A stretch of 52,569 nt of DNA, from NCBI GenBank assembly GCA_030141605.1, contig JAQGDQ010001244.1:1-52569 (forward strand), read 5' to 3'. The notes below the pieces were generated by a model. That model was not told where the DNA came from. It did no database searches and saw only the letters and a program-made list of their open reading frames with translations. Below, piece after piece: positions 23,740 through 38,490 of the stretch. How positions within the stretch are numbered: position 1 is the stretch's first letter; each line of letters begins with the position of its first letter. Origin of the DNA: Tubiluchus corallicola. Its lineage: Eukaryota; Animalia; Priapulida. The position numbers were made by a program, and so were the translations under genes.

Positions 23740-24965
23740 TTCATTAGCCAAAAGCTCTGTCTTACCCAGTGTAATCATTTTGTGTGATGTTTACACTGAA
23801 GTAACAATTGTATTTTTTCATAAGTAATTTAAAGTGGGACTGTCGTTTTAATGAATTAGTTATTGCAGCTCAATCAAAACTGCATATTTTGAAACCACTT
23901 TCTTACATATTACCATGATCATCGTGTGAGCATTTATTTAAAAGTATTTATTACCAGCTATTGCATTTGGTAAGATTGTGTGGTCTGGTCGTGGCTGTCT
24001 GGCCCGCATTGACAATATTCAATTAAATATCAGTGTACTGGCATAATGTCTGGATCTAGGCATGATAATATACTTTATGAAGCAGGTCTTAATCCAATAT
24101 CTACGCAGTTTAAATATTTCCGCTTATGTTTTCTGTATAAAATTATCAATTGGTTAGCTCCAACATATTTATGTGATATATTGCCACCAAGAGTCAGAAA
24201 TGTCACACCATACCCAGTACGCAATGGCGATGATTTTAGAAACTTTAATCATCATTCAACTTCATTTGCTAATTCATTATTTGTTTCTGCTGTTGATTCA
24301 TGGAATGTACTTTATCTCTATTTTCGTAATACGCGTGTCCTTATCGGCATTTAAATTACATCTTGAGTTTCACCAAAAGCTCCATGTATTACTCTTATGG
24401 TGACAGTAGACTAGCTGTTCATCAAACACGAATAAGGGCTGGCTTTTCTCAACTAAACTTTGACCTGAGCTAGAGAGGATGTAAAAACTGTGATGGGACT
24501 CCTGTTTTACTTGCCTGTAGATGCAGTGCCCCTTTTGAAACCATTAATCATTTTCTAATTAGCTGCCCCGATATATTATTACTCGAGATATATTACTAAG
24601 CAAACTCTGTACTTTGTTAATTCCTCATAATATTAGAATTTATAATCTGTCAACAAATGAACTCGCTTATCTGCTTCTTCGTGGCAATGAACACTTAAAT
24701 ATAACTGTTAATATCCAAGCATTTAAGCTTGTACAGAAATTTATATTTCTAACTAAGCGCTTCTAACCAATGTATTAGTTTATATTGATTACATAGTAAT
24801 ATTAATGTCATTCTCAGCATTATACCATTTATGTCGTACTGCAATGCTTCTGCTGTTTGTCTATTGTCTGCACTCTACTAAACATTCTTCAGTTGTTAAA
24901 AACTGCTTGTTCACGCCGTATTGTAACATTTGTCATTCAGTAAAAATATGTTTAAACTAAACTAA
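23740..24965 (+). mobile_element. 5'-truncated CR1/L2-group LINE (ORF2 C-terminus, 3' UTR and tail)
   Basis: LYEAGLNPISTQFKYFRLCFLYKIINWLAPTYLCDILP...FANSLFVSAVDSWN, then HQTRIRAGFSQLNFDL...CRCSAPFETINHFLISCP (C-terminal Cys/His motif). It ends AAAATATGTTTAAACTAAACTAA. Confidence 0.88.
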
Positions 24966-27900
24966 GTAACATTTGGTGGAAAATCGGCATTATTCATGCT
25001 AGTGTAGTTAATATTACAATTGGACTTCTTAATTAGGGGTTAGTTAATTAATTTTTCTTCAAAAAAAGTGAGTGAAAAGGTTCTTCTACAAAACAACAAA
25101 AGAAAGAGAGGTGAGCAATGAACACCTCAAGACACTTTGCACCAGTACAGTATAGCCATAGTACAGAATAACCATAGTATTAAGGTTAAAATGGGTAAAA
25201 CTGTGAATTGGTTTTTTATTATCTGGTCCGGGATATATTGATCTGCTGTACTGAAAAAATGTTTGTGGAGAAATAAGTTCAAAGGCTTCTTCAAGTGCTA
25301 ATGCAAGAAAGAGCATGATTGTAAAATCTCAGGTATTTCATAGTTAACTCAAAACGTGGACTGAGCAGAGACTTTCAAAGCAATAACAAACTATGTTGCA
25401 CATGTAACAACGATATTACATTTATATTTACCATTTTTTCTTGTCGCAGTCGGCAGAAGGCGCCTTGTTTTTGTGGAAAATTAAATTGTCATGCCTGTAT
25501 TTTGCCTTTTTTACCGTTCCTACATGACCATGTTTTTGTGTTAAAATTTCAATTTATTTTTCTTTCATTTGCATGATTCAGCTCAAAATTGTAAATTTTA
25601 CTTTTAAAGTTATTTTAATCATGTTTTTCAGTATTACCCTGTCTAATAATAATTTTGCTACTTATCGGACCAAGCAAAATAAGTACTCCAAGCAAATTGT
25701 TAATTTTGGCCGCATTACAAAATGTCTTTCAACGATGTGAAACATGATTTTTAATTAAGAGTTGTCCATTTGTTTAGATAATTTTTTAAATGACTGATTG
25801 ATTCTATGATCATTCATATAATATGGTAAACAGAAGCTTTTTTGCATTGTGTGCTTTACCTATGTGTATTTTAATAGCTTTTCTCATCCGTCATGACTTT
25901 CACAAGAAATCAGCAATACTGTTTCTTTTGCAGAGACATTTCATTTCTTCTCTTGAACAGAATAATTTGCCGAAAGTATAGTACTTGCACAGGCAGACTT
26001 AACATGATACTTTATATAACTAAATTTATTAACCGTTTTAAGTTCAAAATTAAAGTAATTTTATTGATTGTTAAGCATTTGTCTGCTAGTATAAATTGTG
26101 TGAATTGCAGTTTTGCTAAAAAATTCCAAAAACGAAAAATTTAATAAAACTGGATTTTTGCAACAGGTACGTATTATAGTTGTTCTTTCTGGAGTAAAAT
26201 TAGTGAGTTACTTTTTCCATCTGACTGAGTTTGAAGAAAACTGGACAAAATCACCAAAATAGAATCTGCTAATCCACTAATCATACATTAGTGATTCGAA
26301 AATTATACTGATTTCAAGAATTGCATTCTTTTACTTTGGCAGCAGGCTTACTTAAACAAAAAGACAATTGACTTTTGGGATTGTGATTTACTCCCATTTA
26401 CCAGCAATAGTTTCCCAACAAAATTTACGTTATTTACATAAGCAAGGTAAGCATGTGGGGATGTTGATCTCGGCACAATATACAGTATAACAATAAAGTT
26501 ATACATAAATCATATGCTTCTTAAAACATTCTGAAATCAGAATATACCAGCTTTGAATGCTGTCCAATGATGTACAGTCAAGAACAGTTGTCATTTATCA
26601 AGTTTTGTGTCATGTCAGGCATCACACTTTCAAGTAGTTTATTTTACATGTATGTCATGTCACACAAATACTTCTATTTATCTAGTAAAATTTTTGTTCA
26701 TCTGAATCATATCATAAATAATCTGAAAATCTGCTATTATTAAATATTATAACAAACTTGCTCACATTAAAGGTGTTTGAAAGTTAAAAGTGTAAAGAGA
26801 TTAATTACATTAAATTTTTATACATACATGTCAAGAAATAATTTACATGCCACGAAAAAATTGACTATGCCGCTTTTAATAAAGAAGTTGGTGTAAAAAA
26901 CATGCACAAATTTTTCCCAACAATAAAGTCTCCGTCAAATACAAGCGCGTACAAAAACAAGATGCTGTGACTGTTTTGCAGACCTACATGATGAAATTAT
27001 TGTTATTAGAAACATTAGTTGACTTAAGTTAGACTGCACACGGCAAATCCAATCCAGTTTTCTCGCATATAGCGTGCCTGAGACTTCTTGTGCCATTTTC
27101 CGCAAGGTTTGAACTTCCACTAGAAGTTCTGCATGAAGGACACATTCAAGCACTAAAAATAGAGTATATCTGTACCTTTTCTTCTGTTAAGAAAAGATGA
27201 ATGTTGAGCCTGGTTCGATTATTTCAGTATGTCATAATAATAATGTATATAATAATAGTTAATGGTTTATAGCCATGTAACACACACTGTGCTGCTGTTG
27301 TGTGCATGTTTGTTGCGCATGTGCATGTAGGTGTGCCTGTGTCTCTTCCATCCCGTCGTTTCGGATACGCCCTGGTAATCTAAGCCTTCCCGTAGGTCCT
27401 AGGGATTCATTGACTGACTGGCTTATCTGAGCTGAAGCCTTCCTGGTTCGTGTTTAGTTAGCTGAACGGATTGTGAGTCTTCTTTCCTAAGCTATTTTTC
27501 TAACCTGTAAACAAGTGGCTAACGATCACTACATACTAACAGCTAGAGCAGAGGAACTGATGACTGTAGTTTAAACCACGAGCTTGGTATATACTTTCAG
27601 TCATTTACAATAACTTTCATTTGTCAGTAAGTCAGCACACTTTGGCAGATAATTTTATCTCTTGCTAGAGATTCTAGCCAATTATCCGGCCAGCTCTTTG
27701 GTATCAGTTCATGTCATATGTGTGGCATTTTTTAACCATTATGGCACGGCTTGAGTTTTACAAATTTGGCATATTACTTGATTTGCTTGCCGTCAACAGA
27801 ATTCTATATTAATTGACTGTAACCCATCAGTAATCAAATCAGATGCCGATTTTGGTGCTGATCTAAAGGTTCGGCATAATAAAAACATGTACGACGTACA

Positions 27901-30900
27901 TCGCCTGACTGTTTGGTGTTATTGCATAACATTCCTAGGTGTTTCTAATCAATGAAGAATGTAAACGGTTTAGGCAAACAGTCGCTGCCTGTGCAATATG
28001 GAAGTACATGTATGCTGGTAATATTTGCATATGTCCTGAATCACTGTGCAAAGTTAATCCCAAGACGCTTTAGGCTTTGCTACCCGTGCTGGAAAAGAGA
28101 TCAGTTAGCTTACAACAACAAAAAAACAGTTAGTGCTTGTTAGCATCTTATGTTCTTTACTTTCTGACAAGTTCCATGGTTTTCTAGTTAGTTTTGTTGA
28201 ATAAAGATTGAACTCTGTATGTGAAAATGCTAGCACTAGTTTGAAGTGAAACAGTATTAGTAGTACATCGTAGCTCTGCATTTCTGCAAAGACTATTGAC
28301 GCTCCACACTGCAGTGTCCACGTATCCAAGTGTAAATTTATAGCAACGGCGCGGTGAAGTTGTCAGTTATTAACCAGCAGAAGCAACTTAAAAAAGCTGA
28401 TTACTGAATACTTATTAACATTTTGGTTCTTTGAACTTCTTTCAGATATGGAATTTTACTGTTAACTTCATTTTTCTTGTGTCTTGTGTCAAAGGCTCAC
28501 GGATATTTTCTAATACATCAGTTGCTCAACTAATTAGTCACTCAATCAGTTAGTTAGTCAACCACTTATTTTTACTGATTTGTTTCATTTCTTCATTCTT
28601 TATCTATTCGTTTTTCTTTTTGGTACGTACATACGTTTATTTATTTATTCAGTTTCATACTGCCCCAAAAAATCACTGATTCTTTTTTCTCGTTTATACA
28701 TTTATTTCTTTGCTTATTTGTTTTTTTAACCATTTATTTTCGCATTCATCATTCATTCATTTACTCGTTCCATTAACTAGATGTGGCATTTCAACAACAG
28801 TGCATTTGTATATATGTCTTTCTACTGTGGAGCAATTCAGTTTGTAGTTTATATACAGACCTCCACCATCATATAACAATGGATCGTGTACCGGACAGCC
28901 ATCAGTTATACATAAATCATTCGTCACATACCAGGAGACACAGTTTTGTCGGATGTTGTTGGTTTTCTTTCAATGTACTACTTCATATGAATTTGTGAGT
29001 CACTAATTTCTCTTAACTACCAGCGTGAATAATTGAGCTCAACTATCCGAGAACATTATTAACTCGTTCTTGAGACTGAGTGCTGAGAAATTGCACACAG
29101 CTTTTTGTGGTTTTATCATGAAGCTGCTGTAATGGCAAGTCAATTAATCTTGCATTTTGGCGTGTAGTGAATTCAAGAAGCTTGCTCGCTGTTTAAATAG
29201 CTTCACTCGGCTGATCTCTAGATCAAGCTGCTTGTCAAGTAACAAGATTTTGCGGGCAAGTTTGTCGCGGGAATTGCGTAAATGTAAATGTGTGGGTTGT
29301 CGCTAAACGCATCGTTTAGGTACGTTGACTGCGATTTCAAAGAAAGCGTTAGCAAATTTGGTTGGAAATGAATTTAAACAACCCACGCACGCGCACGCAC
29401 GCACACACGCACACATATTAAAATTATATATACAGATATAAATATAGATATAGACTGGTTATAACTGACATTTTTTATTTATGATGTATGTTGTTATTAC
29501 AAAATTTACATGGAAAGATACACACAACATGTATATACATGAAAATTTTAGTGAATAACCAGTCACTGATAGACCACTGTGAGTAATAATGTTATTTGCT
29601 GACTAATCTAATTTAAAAATAATAACAATGTATTACTTCTGCCTGGCTTTGTCCACTGTACTGCGCGGTTCTAGTTATATCAGTTGGCGTCCCAACATGT
29701 TTAAAACACAGCTGCTAACCCAGTAGTGCCTAATTTCAGAGGGTTTATTAACTAATTGGGTGAGTTATCCGGTCGTGCTACAACTACCAGCTTTAACAGG
29801 TCTTGCCGTTAGGTGCCATGCTCAGCTTCAGGTTCCGTTTATTTTCTTTCTAGTATGATGATGTAGAGTGATGTTTTTGGATAATGGTTTAACTCAAAAA
29901 TTGGTCTTATCAGCTTCGATTTAAAAGATTGTGGATCATATCTTCCAATACAGTAGCTGCAACTAGAATTACCACATGTGTGATATTACTGTGTGGCTCA
30001 AAGGTTCCAGAATTACCTAGTGTGTCATTTATTTTATAGTTCAATAAAATGACGAAATAGATGCGCCCAGTGTTTCTTTGGAGCCAGCTAGTCTAGCTAT
30101 GAATGACGATAAGAGTATAAAAATATAAAGGCTTGTGGTCAGGTAAGTGTAATAAGTTACTTTTATTTTGTTCTCCTGTAATAATGTCCGTGATAAGTGG
30201 ATTAAATATGTTCACAGGACAACTCTGCTTGGATGATGGCTATAGTCTTGTGCACAAGAGTGTAAACAGTGGAGTTACAGTACTGCACTTTGTGGGATAA
30301 ATACTGCCCAGATAAATACAGTATAAATAAAAAATTCAACTTGCATATTTATAGGAGCTTTCCAGTCATTTCCATAGCAAAATTATAGTAATAGGCCATG
30401 CCAGAAACTTAACCTGAAAATTTACCACATCTAAAAATTTGTTGTTGAATTATAACAAAATTTTGCTGCACTCATTAAGTTAATTCATGTGTAATAATAA
30501 TTTTGTGCTTATATTAGATGTTTGTTGTTTATGTTTTATGTTTGGTTATATAGCATTTAACTACAAGAAAGTGTCCATATACACTGATTGTGTGCCCTCA
30601 TTAGGGATGAGCAAGATCAATTTTGTGCGTGTCCACAATTAACTTAGTAGCTGTTTCTTACAAGTATCGACAAGGAATGTGTTGATCAAACTATGAAATT
30701 ACTAGCCTGAAAGTAAAAGGTTAAGAGCTTATTTCCTATGTCTTATTTTTGTGCTTATATAGCAATATGTAAAAATTTATCTGCAAAAATTAATTTTATG
30801 AAATGGTTGCAGCCTTTTCCTTGTTTCGTTTACGTTCTCCACTTTTTGAGTGTTTTAATAACAATCAAAGGATAAACAACAGGCGCTGAAAGAAACTCTT

Positions 30901-33900
30901 TTTACCTACACGCTATTCAATAATTTAGTCTCCAATTCTCCTCTTGGGGGGTATGGTTATAATGAGACTGGTATTTATAATATTCCTGTATAGCCCAGCG
31001 GGAAGGCTCCAACTACCTCGTGCCTTTCATAACCCGTTAGTGGCTTCCGCTAATGGGAGACATTTTGATCTAAGGCTTTTCTTTTGGATGTGTAAATATA
31101 CCTACTTGAGTAAAGTTTGCCGTTTGAGCAATTTTTGATTATGTAAATTGTAGTTTATCAAACAGCAGGTAGATATCTAAGGATGCTAGCGGTTCCATTT
31201 ATGGGGGGTTAATATCTGCATAATTAATGATTAATTAAGTACAAAGGTTAGAATTGCAAGCTGCTGGCACACCTGCCCTATTGTACTTCGCCTGTTACTG
31301 CAATATCTTTATCCGGAGGCGTGATTGGTAAACGCTAAGCTGCTGATGTAGGATGGGATATTATATATATATATATATATAAAGCCTTAAGTCTTTGTTC
31401 ACTGTATGTTTTTGAAAAGCAATTAGTCTGGACTGCTGAAACGGCGTTTATGTATATATAATTGCAGCCAATGTACTAGGTAACATTACTGGTGTTAGCT
31501 CGTTGCCTTGTTCGTTTCTTTGGGGACTGCTTTTACTTAAGCCCCATTGCAGTTTCCTTGCAATGATGTGACTCCGAATTATGCGATGTTTTTTCGACGC
31601 TTAACTGTAATGTCATGCAGCTGCTGTAATGGTAATGGTGATAAGTAGCGACGCGGCACGGGATTACACTGGATACCACGCGCTAGCACCGTCCATTTTG
31701 CACTACGGTCTCCAAAACCATTTGGGAACATTGCACACGGATGATACTAATGAGTGGCAAAGGTCATCCTGACTGTCCTGACGTATTTGATTCTTACTCT
31801 GAAAATCAAAAGGATTTAAAAGGTATTGTACCTAGTATTCTAATTTCATTTTTTGTCCACCCGGAACTCTTTGCTTTGTGTCGCCAAGGCCACCGAAGTT
31901 AAATCAATAAAACATTTAATCTCGGGATAGTCAACTTGGCATTTCTGGATGTGTATGCGACGATTATATTTGCTAGCTGCGGTTCGGGCTACGCATGTGA
32001 ACAGAACTTTTGGAGTTAAATGCTTACTAGTTACATGTGTACTAGTTTTCTGGTGCATGTATATCCTTATTGTTACAATATCGTATCGTATGTTGCGTGA
32101 TTGCCTCATACGTCGACTCCTACCTATTTTCCATTTTCTACCTTTCGTCAGAATAAATAATCATGACTAGTTGTGCACTGCAAATTGCTTAATTCATTTC
32201 ATTTTAGTTAGGGCGATAATGAAGAGGTTAAAGCACATTCTTTTATTAAAGGCGAGGTCGCGATGTAAGGATGGATGATTAATAGCAGTGTTAAAATGAA
32301 ATAATGATGTTTTACGAGCGTCAGTTAGCCATTATAACGAAGATATAGTGAATTAGTGATGTGAGAGGCTGAGGGAAAATTATTAAACATACTTGCCGAA
32401 AATTTCTTCGAAATTTTCCTCGAAAAGAGAGAAATTCTTCTCGTTCTAGTGTAAAATTGTCTTGACTTGTTCTGCATTGTTTTGTTAGTTTATTTTTCTC
32501 AAGGTCAGATTTTTGCTGTCTACTTTATACCGCAAATTTGTGCGAACAGCTTAACCGATTACGGCCATTTGCCATCATCTAAAGATGAAAAGAACAAAAG
32601 AAAATCCATGTTTTCGTATCGTTTTTTCGCACAATTTTATGACTTGAAAGCTCAATGACTGTTGTGCAATGTGCATGTCACACCCTTAAGTGCCCTTCTT
32701 TTTCTGGTACCAGTAAGCGCGATTGCCACTTTATCAAAATTCCCAATTTGTGGGTTGCTAGTTATCACGGTTGATTGATATGTCGAAATCGACTTGTTGC
32801 TGGGTCTGGCTTCACTGATAAAACGGAAGGAATTCATTGCTGGAAACGTGTAGAAAATAAAGCCATTGAGTAGCAGATTTAGAGGGAGAGACGTTGTGGA
32901 TGTGTTGAAAGCGTTTTATTGTGTCATTCCTGCACAAATATGAAATTCTCATTGTCAGAGTTGCAGTTGGTTAATTTTGTCAATAATTTCTTCGAATAAT
33001 GGACCTTAGTACAGTTTATAGAACACAAAACGTTCTTGTTTTGTAACATAATCTCATTGATGCGTTGGCAAAAGACAATAGCGTAGGGTTCACCAACGCT
33101 TTATTTGACGAGTCCGTGACGATTTCAATGAATTCGTGTTGAAATTGAATTCATTAAATAAAGGTTTGGATGGACTCTTACTTTAGGTTTTTGTTTGATT
33201 ACCTTTTCGTATTCCAAACACTTTTTAGAAATTCTCTGATTGTGCATTCTTGAATTGCCCTATTCCCTTTTTGTCGGCATTCTTTTACATGTTGGGTCTT
33301 CGTGATTTTTTAAATAACAACCAAGGGAAACCAGATGTAATTTCAAAGACTAACCGCAGTTTTACTGATGTAGGTGTGTTAATAATGTTAACGCCATTTT
33401 TACTAGCACGCGAGTATCGAAGTTAAAAAAAGGACTCCAGCTAAAATCACTTTACCCATCTTTGCTTCTAACTTTTTAAGCGGTTCAGTTAGTAAACACT
33501 AAGATGCACCCATACACTATTACAAAGCCTGAGAACAACTGAATGATAAAAACTGTTTACATGATTTAAAAATTGGTAAAAAAGAAATGCATGAGCTCCT
33601 GAAATGCAGTTTAGTTTTTCATTCTTTTCTCTTTTGATTAATTATAGGCCCTTTATGAAAGCAGCTTATGCTGAAATGCATTGGGCTCAACATTAAACAC
33701 CAACTCTGAGTTTTTGTCCGTTTTCTTTCACCTTTCTGTCTTTCTTCCACTTTTTCATTAGTCTTACCGCTGCTTTCACTGTTTTATTATATTTTTCTTT
33801 TCTTTCATTTTTTCTTATTCTTACTTTTTGCTCCTTTTCTCCTATCATTTCCTTTTTGTTTTCATTCATTCATTTATTCATTCATCATGCTTTCATTCTT

Positions 33901-35255
33901 TGTTTCTCAGTTTATTTATTTATTTCTCTATTTTTTCTTTCTTTTATATTGAGGGACTAGAGTAAAAAACTGCACATCTTAGTTGAAAAAGTTAAATCAT
34001 CGTCGTATGTTTCTTCGCAGCATTATTAACATTACTGCTATGGAAGTTCTTGCTATGGAGCTGAAGAGCTTATCTTATCATCACCTCAGTGCACTGGTAA
34101 ACGGGTATTCCTAGTAGTCGACATCTTCTTTATCTTTGCAGTGATAGTCTGCTCGTAGCGACCTGTCAATAACGTCAGCATTACCTGCTGATAAAGAAAA
34201 GGAAGCCAGTTGTGTTTCTGGCGCCACTCCATCGTTTGCGAACAGAAGCCCCAATTCAAAAGCTCTTTGCTTTCCCATTTATTGCTCGCTAATCAAATGC
34301 GTTTTATTTTCAACAAAATGTTCATTCTTCCACTTTCTTTCACTTCAATGTGCAGAATAAGTTTGAGCTAATGTGTCTTAGCCATTCCATTTTAAAACGC
34401 TTAAGCGCTTAACCTTAATCAATGAACGCACTGTATTACACGAATACGGTGTAACTTCCTCTCCCCTACATTGGGGAATGGTTTCGCCGGGATTGCGTTC
34501 GTCGCTGTGCTGCTGCAGCTGTTTGGTTTGGGATAACGTGTCTTGCTGATGGTTTTAGCGTTTAGTGTTCGTATAGGATAAAGTAAATGTGTGTTACGTG
34601 TACTTACAGTAGCTGAAAAACGTACCATCTGCAGTGATTCATACTTATAGATTGGGAATACTCAAAATATGTCATCATGTATTAATAAAAGAGGCTGTGT
34701 TTGCTTATATCTTCGGCTGTGTTAACGCAGTGAATTAAACAGACTTCTGTGCTACATGTGTATTATGTAATGCGCATAGGAATAACCACACAACTTGTGA
34801 TCATATTTATCAGAAGTGTGATTTCGGATAGCTAAACTAAGGTAAGCAATTTTCCGGATCGCTCTGGGAAAATTATGCCAGATTTTTTTTCGCATTTCGC
34901 AAAATTAATGCATGTTGTGAATTAAACTGTCAACTACAGTTATTGTAGGCGTAATAGAATTTTCTTTTATAATTCTGTTAGTCGGATAAATTCATGTAAT
35001 TTGTGATTACGGAGATTTGTATTAAAAATTACAAAAGTATGGCTATGTAATATGTAGCCGCATAATTACCTTACACGCTGCAATAAATTGACAATGATAC
35101 GGATTTGTGTATAATTTATAGCTCTAGTACTCTTGCCCGCTGATTTTACGCTTTCATTTAATTTACTCGTTTCTCGGAATAACAGTTTTGTAACATGTTG
35201 TATGATTCGCACTCAGTAAGTTTCTCGGCGTGGGAGTGTAGATCTGATAAGAGTA

Positions 35256-35334
35256 ATGCATTATATGTGCATAGATGTATATATATGCGCGGAACATGCA
35301 TTATATGTGCATAGATGTATGTATATGCGCGGAA
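35256..35334. repeat. 40-bp tandem duplication
   Basis: ATGCATTATATGTGCATAGATGTAT(A/G)TATATGCGCGGAA occurs twice, starting at 35256 and 35296. Confidence 0.92.
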
Positions 35335-37758
35335 TTTATAAATATAGCTGGCTTCTCGCTGGGGAAAAGTGCGCCTAACAGAATAAATTTCTGAGAATGT
35401 GAGCAACACTAGCTTCTTGAAACAGTATAATTTATATTCGTAAGGATTTCCGATTTGTGTGTTATTACTGATCAAAGAATCGAGCACTATTAAACAAGTA
35501 CCTCAGCTGGCTTTTAGGGCTCAGCATGTTAATTAGTGCGCTGTTTCGTTTACTGTGTACGGCTCCGCTGCCGAATGACCTTTTTTCATTAAGTTAATAC
35601 CTTTTGAGTCAACAACTGACTTATGGGTGCCTAGGGACATTTAAGTACGTTTGTACGCATATCGCCCCAACAAGGCCAATGGTCACTTGGGGAGTTGGGG
35701 TTACGGATGGCGGCTGAGTTTATGCAACTTTAGGAAACCGTTAAGAAACTGAATTCTCACGTAATTAACGAGAAGGATTTGCTATTAAACACTTAGGAAA
35801 CCAAAGGGTAAGGGGTTTGAGAGGAAGTTAGATTGACAGCAGCTACCATACATTTAGGAATGTCCATACTCCAAAGAAACTTTCATAGTTAAGAACCGAT
35901 CTGAAGACATGGTCCATAAAAGTATACTGTTAAATGCATGATACCGTCAAAGTGGCTTAATGTGGGCCAGATTACATTTTTTACAGGTAAAAATGTTTAC
36001 ATTTTTTCAAGTAGGTAAGGTAACATACTGAGATTACCAAGCCATATAATCAATTCAAAGTGACAAGTAGCTGATTCCTAGCAGTTGCATTTTTTCGCGC
36101 ATCAAACAAGTGACCCACATTTTTCGATACGACTACACGACGTCAGACTATTACTTTTGTTAGCTGTAAAATACGTCTTACACCAAATATAGGTCTTTCA
36201 GATATGCAGTTTTCTTAAAGAATAATAAAATGTCGGCTTGTTAAAGCGTTTGTTTGTTAAGAGCTGTCTCTGTTACAGAGTCTAGATTCTAGACCTAGTC
36301 GATGTCTATAAAAATAATTGGCTAAACGAAATAATTGTTCATTTATTGTATATAATGTAATTATTTATTAATTTGTCGAGACGTATACTTGTTTATTGGC
36401 AATACATTTTCTAAGAAATTCAGTGTTCGTGATTCAGTGATATGTGGAAATATTGGATACTCTAGTTTGATCTGGTGGTAGGTTATAACTCGCTGTGTAT
36501 CTGCTTTGCTCTGCTTACATTGATTTCTGCTTGAAACACTAAGAGAGCGTGCGAGAGAGTTTACAGTACAATACAGCCGGTATTAAATGATTCATACGCG
36601 CTAGAATGAATCATTATAAATCATCAAGAGATTTAATATCCGCTACTTCACCGTTTAGCAGACTACGAACACAATGCGTTGGCATTACGTCGGCCGGCTA
36701 GAAGTTAATTGTAGTCATGAAACTTTTGCTAAATGTTCACCGAGTATGTCCTTCGGCGAAGGAGGGACGACGACATGTGGCACAAAGCATAAACTGTTAA
36801 AGACTTAAAGTTGTAAATTTCTTTTAAAAGAAGAATTTAGTAATAGACATTTAACATAACTTTTGAAAAGCTTTTCTATTCTCGATTAGGATCTATTGAC
36901 ATCGGTAGATATGATAAGCCGTCCTTAAAATTTCAGTCAGCTAGTCATTTAGATAGCGAATACAGAACTGCAATAAGGGTGCAAGTTAAAAACTGTAAGA
37001 TAGTACCGTGTGTGGGAGCGGCAGATTTTAATTGACTCTATGGCATCTACCATTTACTGGACACATTTCCTTTCCTCTACACCCCATTAAAAACCCCATT
37101 TAAAACTTTTCGTGTTTTTATTGCAATGTTGCATTATTCAGTCTTGCTTCATGCAAAAGAAGTCATACAGCACAAACCACACTAATGTATAATCTGGAAA
37201 AATGAACCAGAACCTGAAAGTTGCTTATTTGTAGTAGAACAAGAGTCTTTGGATTATCTAGTAGTGGTATAGCAACTTTGACCCCTCCTCCAGTTTGCTT
37301 TTAGGCAAAATTCTAAGCTATAAAATGCGTTTGATGCATGTAGTTTTCTGGCTCTGTTTTCTAGATCACCCAGTAACTTTCACACTCCACAGGCCTGTCT
37401 TGTGTATGCGGTCTGGTATGGCCGGTATGGCTACCTCAGATAAATGTTATGAGATACTGGAATGCTTCCTGCTGGTGTTGTTCTTTGTTTTATGCCAACA
37501 TGGCTTCGTGTTCAGCCTTGGTTGCTAAATCTAGACTTCATTTAATAAACAACTGGGACGGGCAAGGCGGAGACTTCATTAATGAACGCTGTTTGGCAAA
37601 CTATTGCTGCCTTAATTTGTGTAATGGGCTAGAAGACACAGTCTAGCAGGCACACTTTATCTACAATTTGTTTGGTACAGGAATTCCAGCGATTTTAATT
37701 GCCAGTGCCACAGGTTTATTTTGGGGCGTTATATTACTTTGACACACATCTGTTATGA

Positions 37759-38490
37759 GTGTTATCAAGAACACAGACTATAGATAGTAAGCAGGAACTA
37801 GGAGAAATTATTATATGGCCTTCCCTGACGCGGAAAAACGGTGTTTTTCTGTGACCTTAGTTCAGGAGAAAATCAAGTTGTAAATTTCAGGAGTAAAATT
37901 CAAAACGTAGGCCTACTAGTTTTGTTGTTTTCTGGTTCTGGGTTATGAGAAAAAACTTGGCATATAAATAAAATTATTAAGACATTTTTGGTAAACATTC
38001 GATATATAACCTTGTTTTATGTACTGTGTTATCAAGAACACAGACTATAGATAGTAAGCAGGAACGAGGAAAAGTTATTATATGGCCCTGCTTGACGCGC
38101 AAAAACGATGTTTTTCTCTGACCTTAGGTCAGGAGAAAGTCAGGTTCTAAGTTTTATGCGTAAAATTCAAACCGTAGGCCTACTAATTTTGTTGTTTTCT
38201 GTTTCTGGGTTATGTACTTTAAAAACTTGGCATATTATATTATTAAGCCATTACTGGTAAGGATTTGGTAAATAACTTTGTTTTATATGCCAATTTGATA
38301 GAAATTTTGTAGAAATTATTGGACCTTAGTTTCGGGGAAAGTGAGACTTGACTTTCTCTGAAGTGAAATTCAAACCGTATGCCTACTAGTTTTGTTGTTT
38401 TCAGCTTGTAGATCATGTACCTTGAAAACTTCTCATATAAATGAGATTGTTAAGACATTTTTTGGAAACATTTGGTTTATATACTTATTT
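37759..38490. repeat. Tandem repeat, 267-bp period, two full copies plus a partial diverged third
   Basis: GTTATCAAGAACACAGACTATAGATAGTAAGCAGGAAC at 37761 and 38028. The GACCTTAG...AAATTCAAA..GTA.GCCTACTA.TTTTGTTGTTTTC block recurs a third time at ~38323-38402. Confidence 0.9.
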
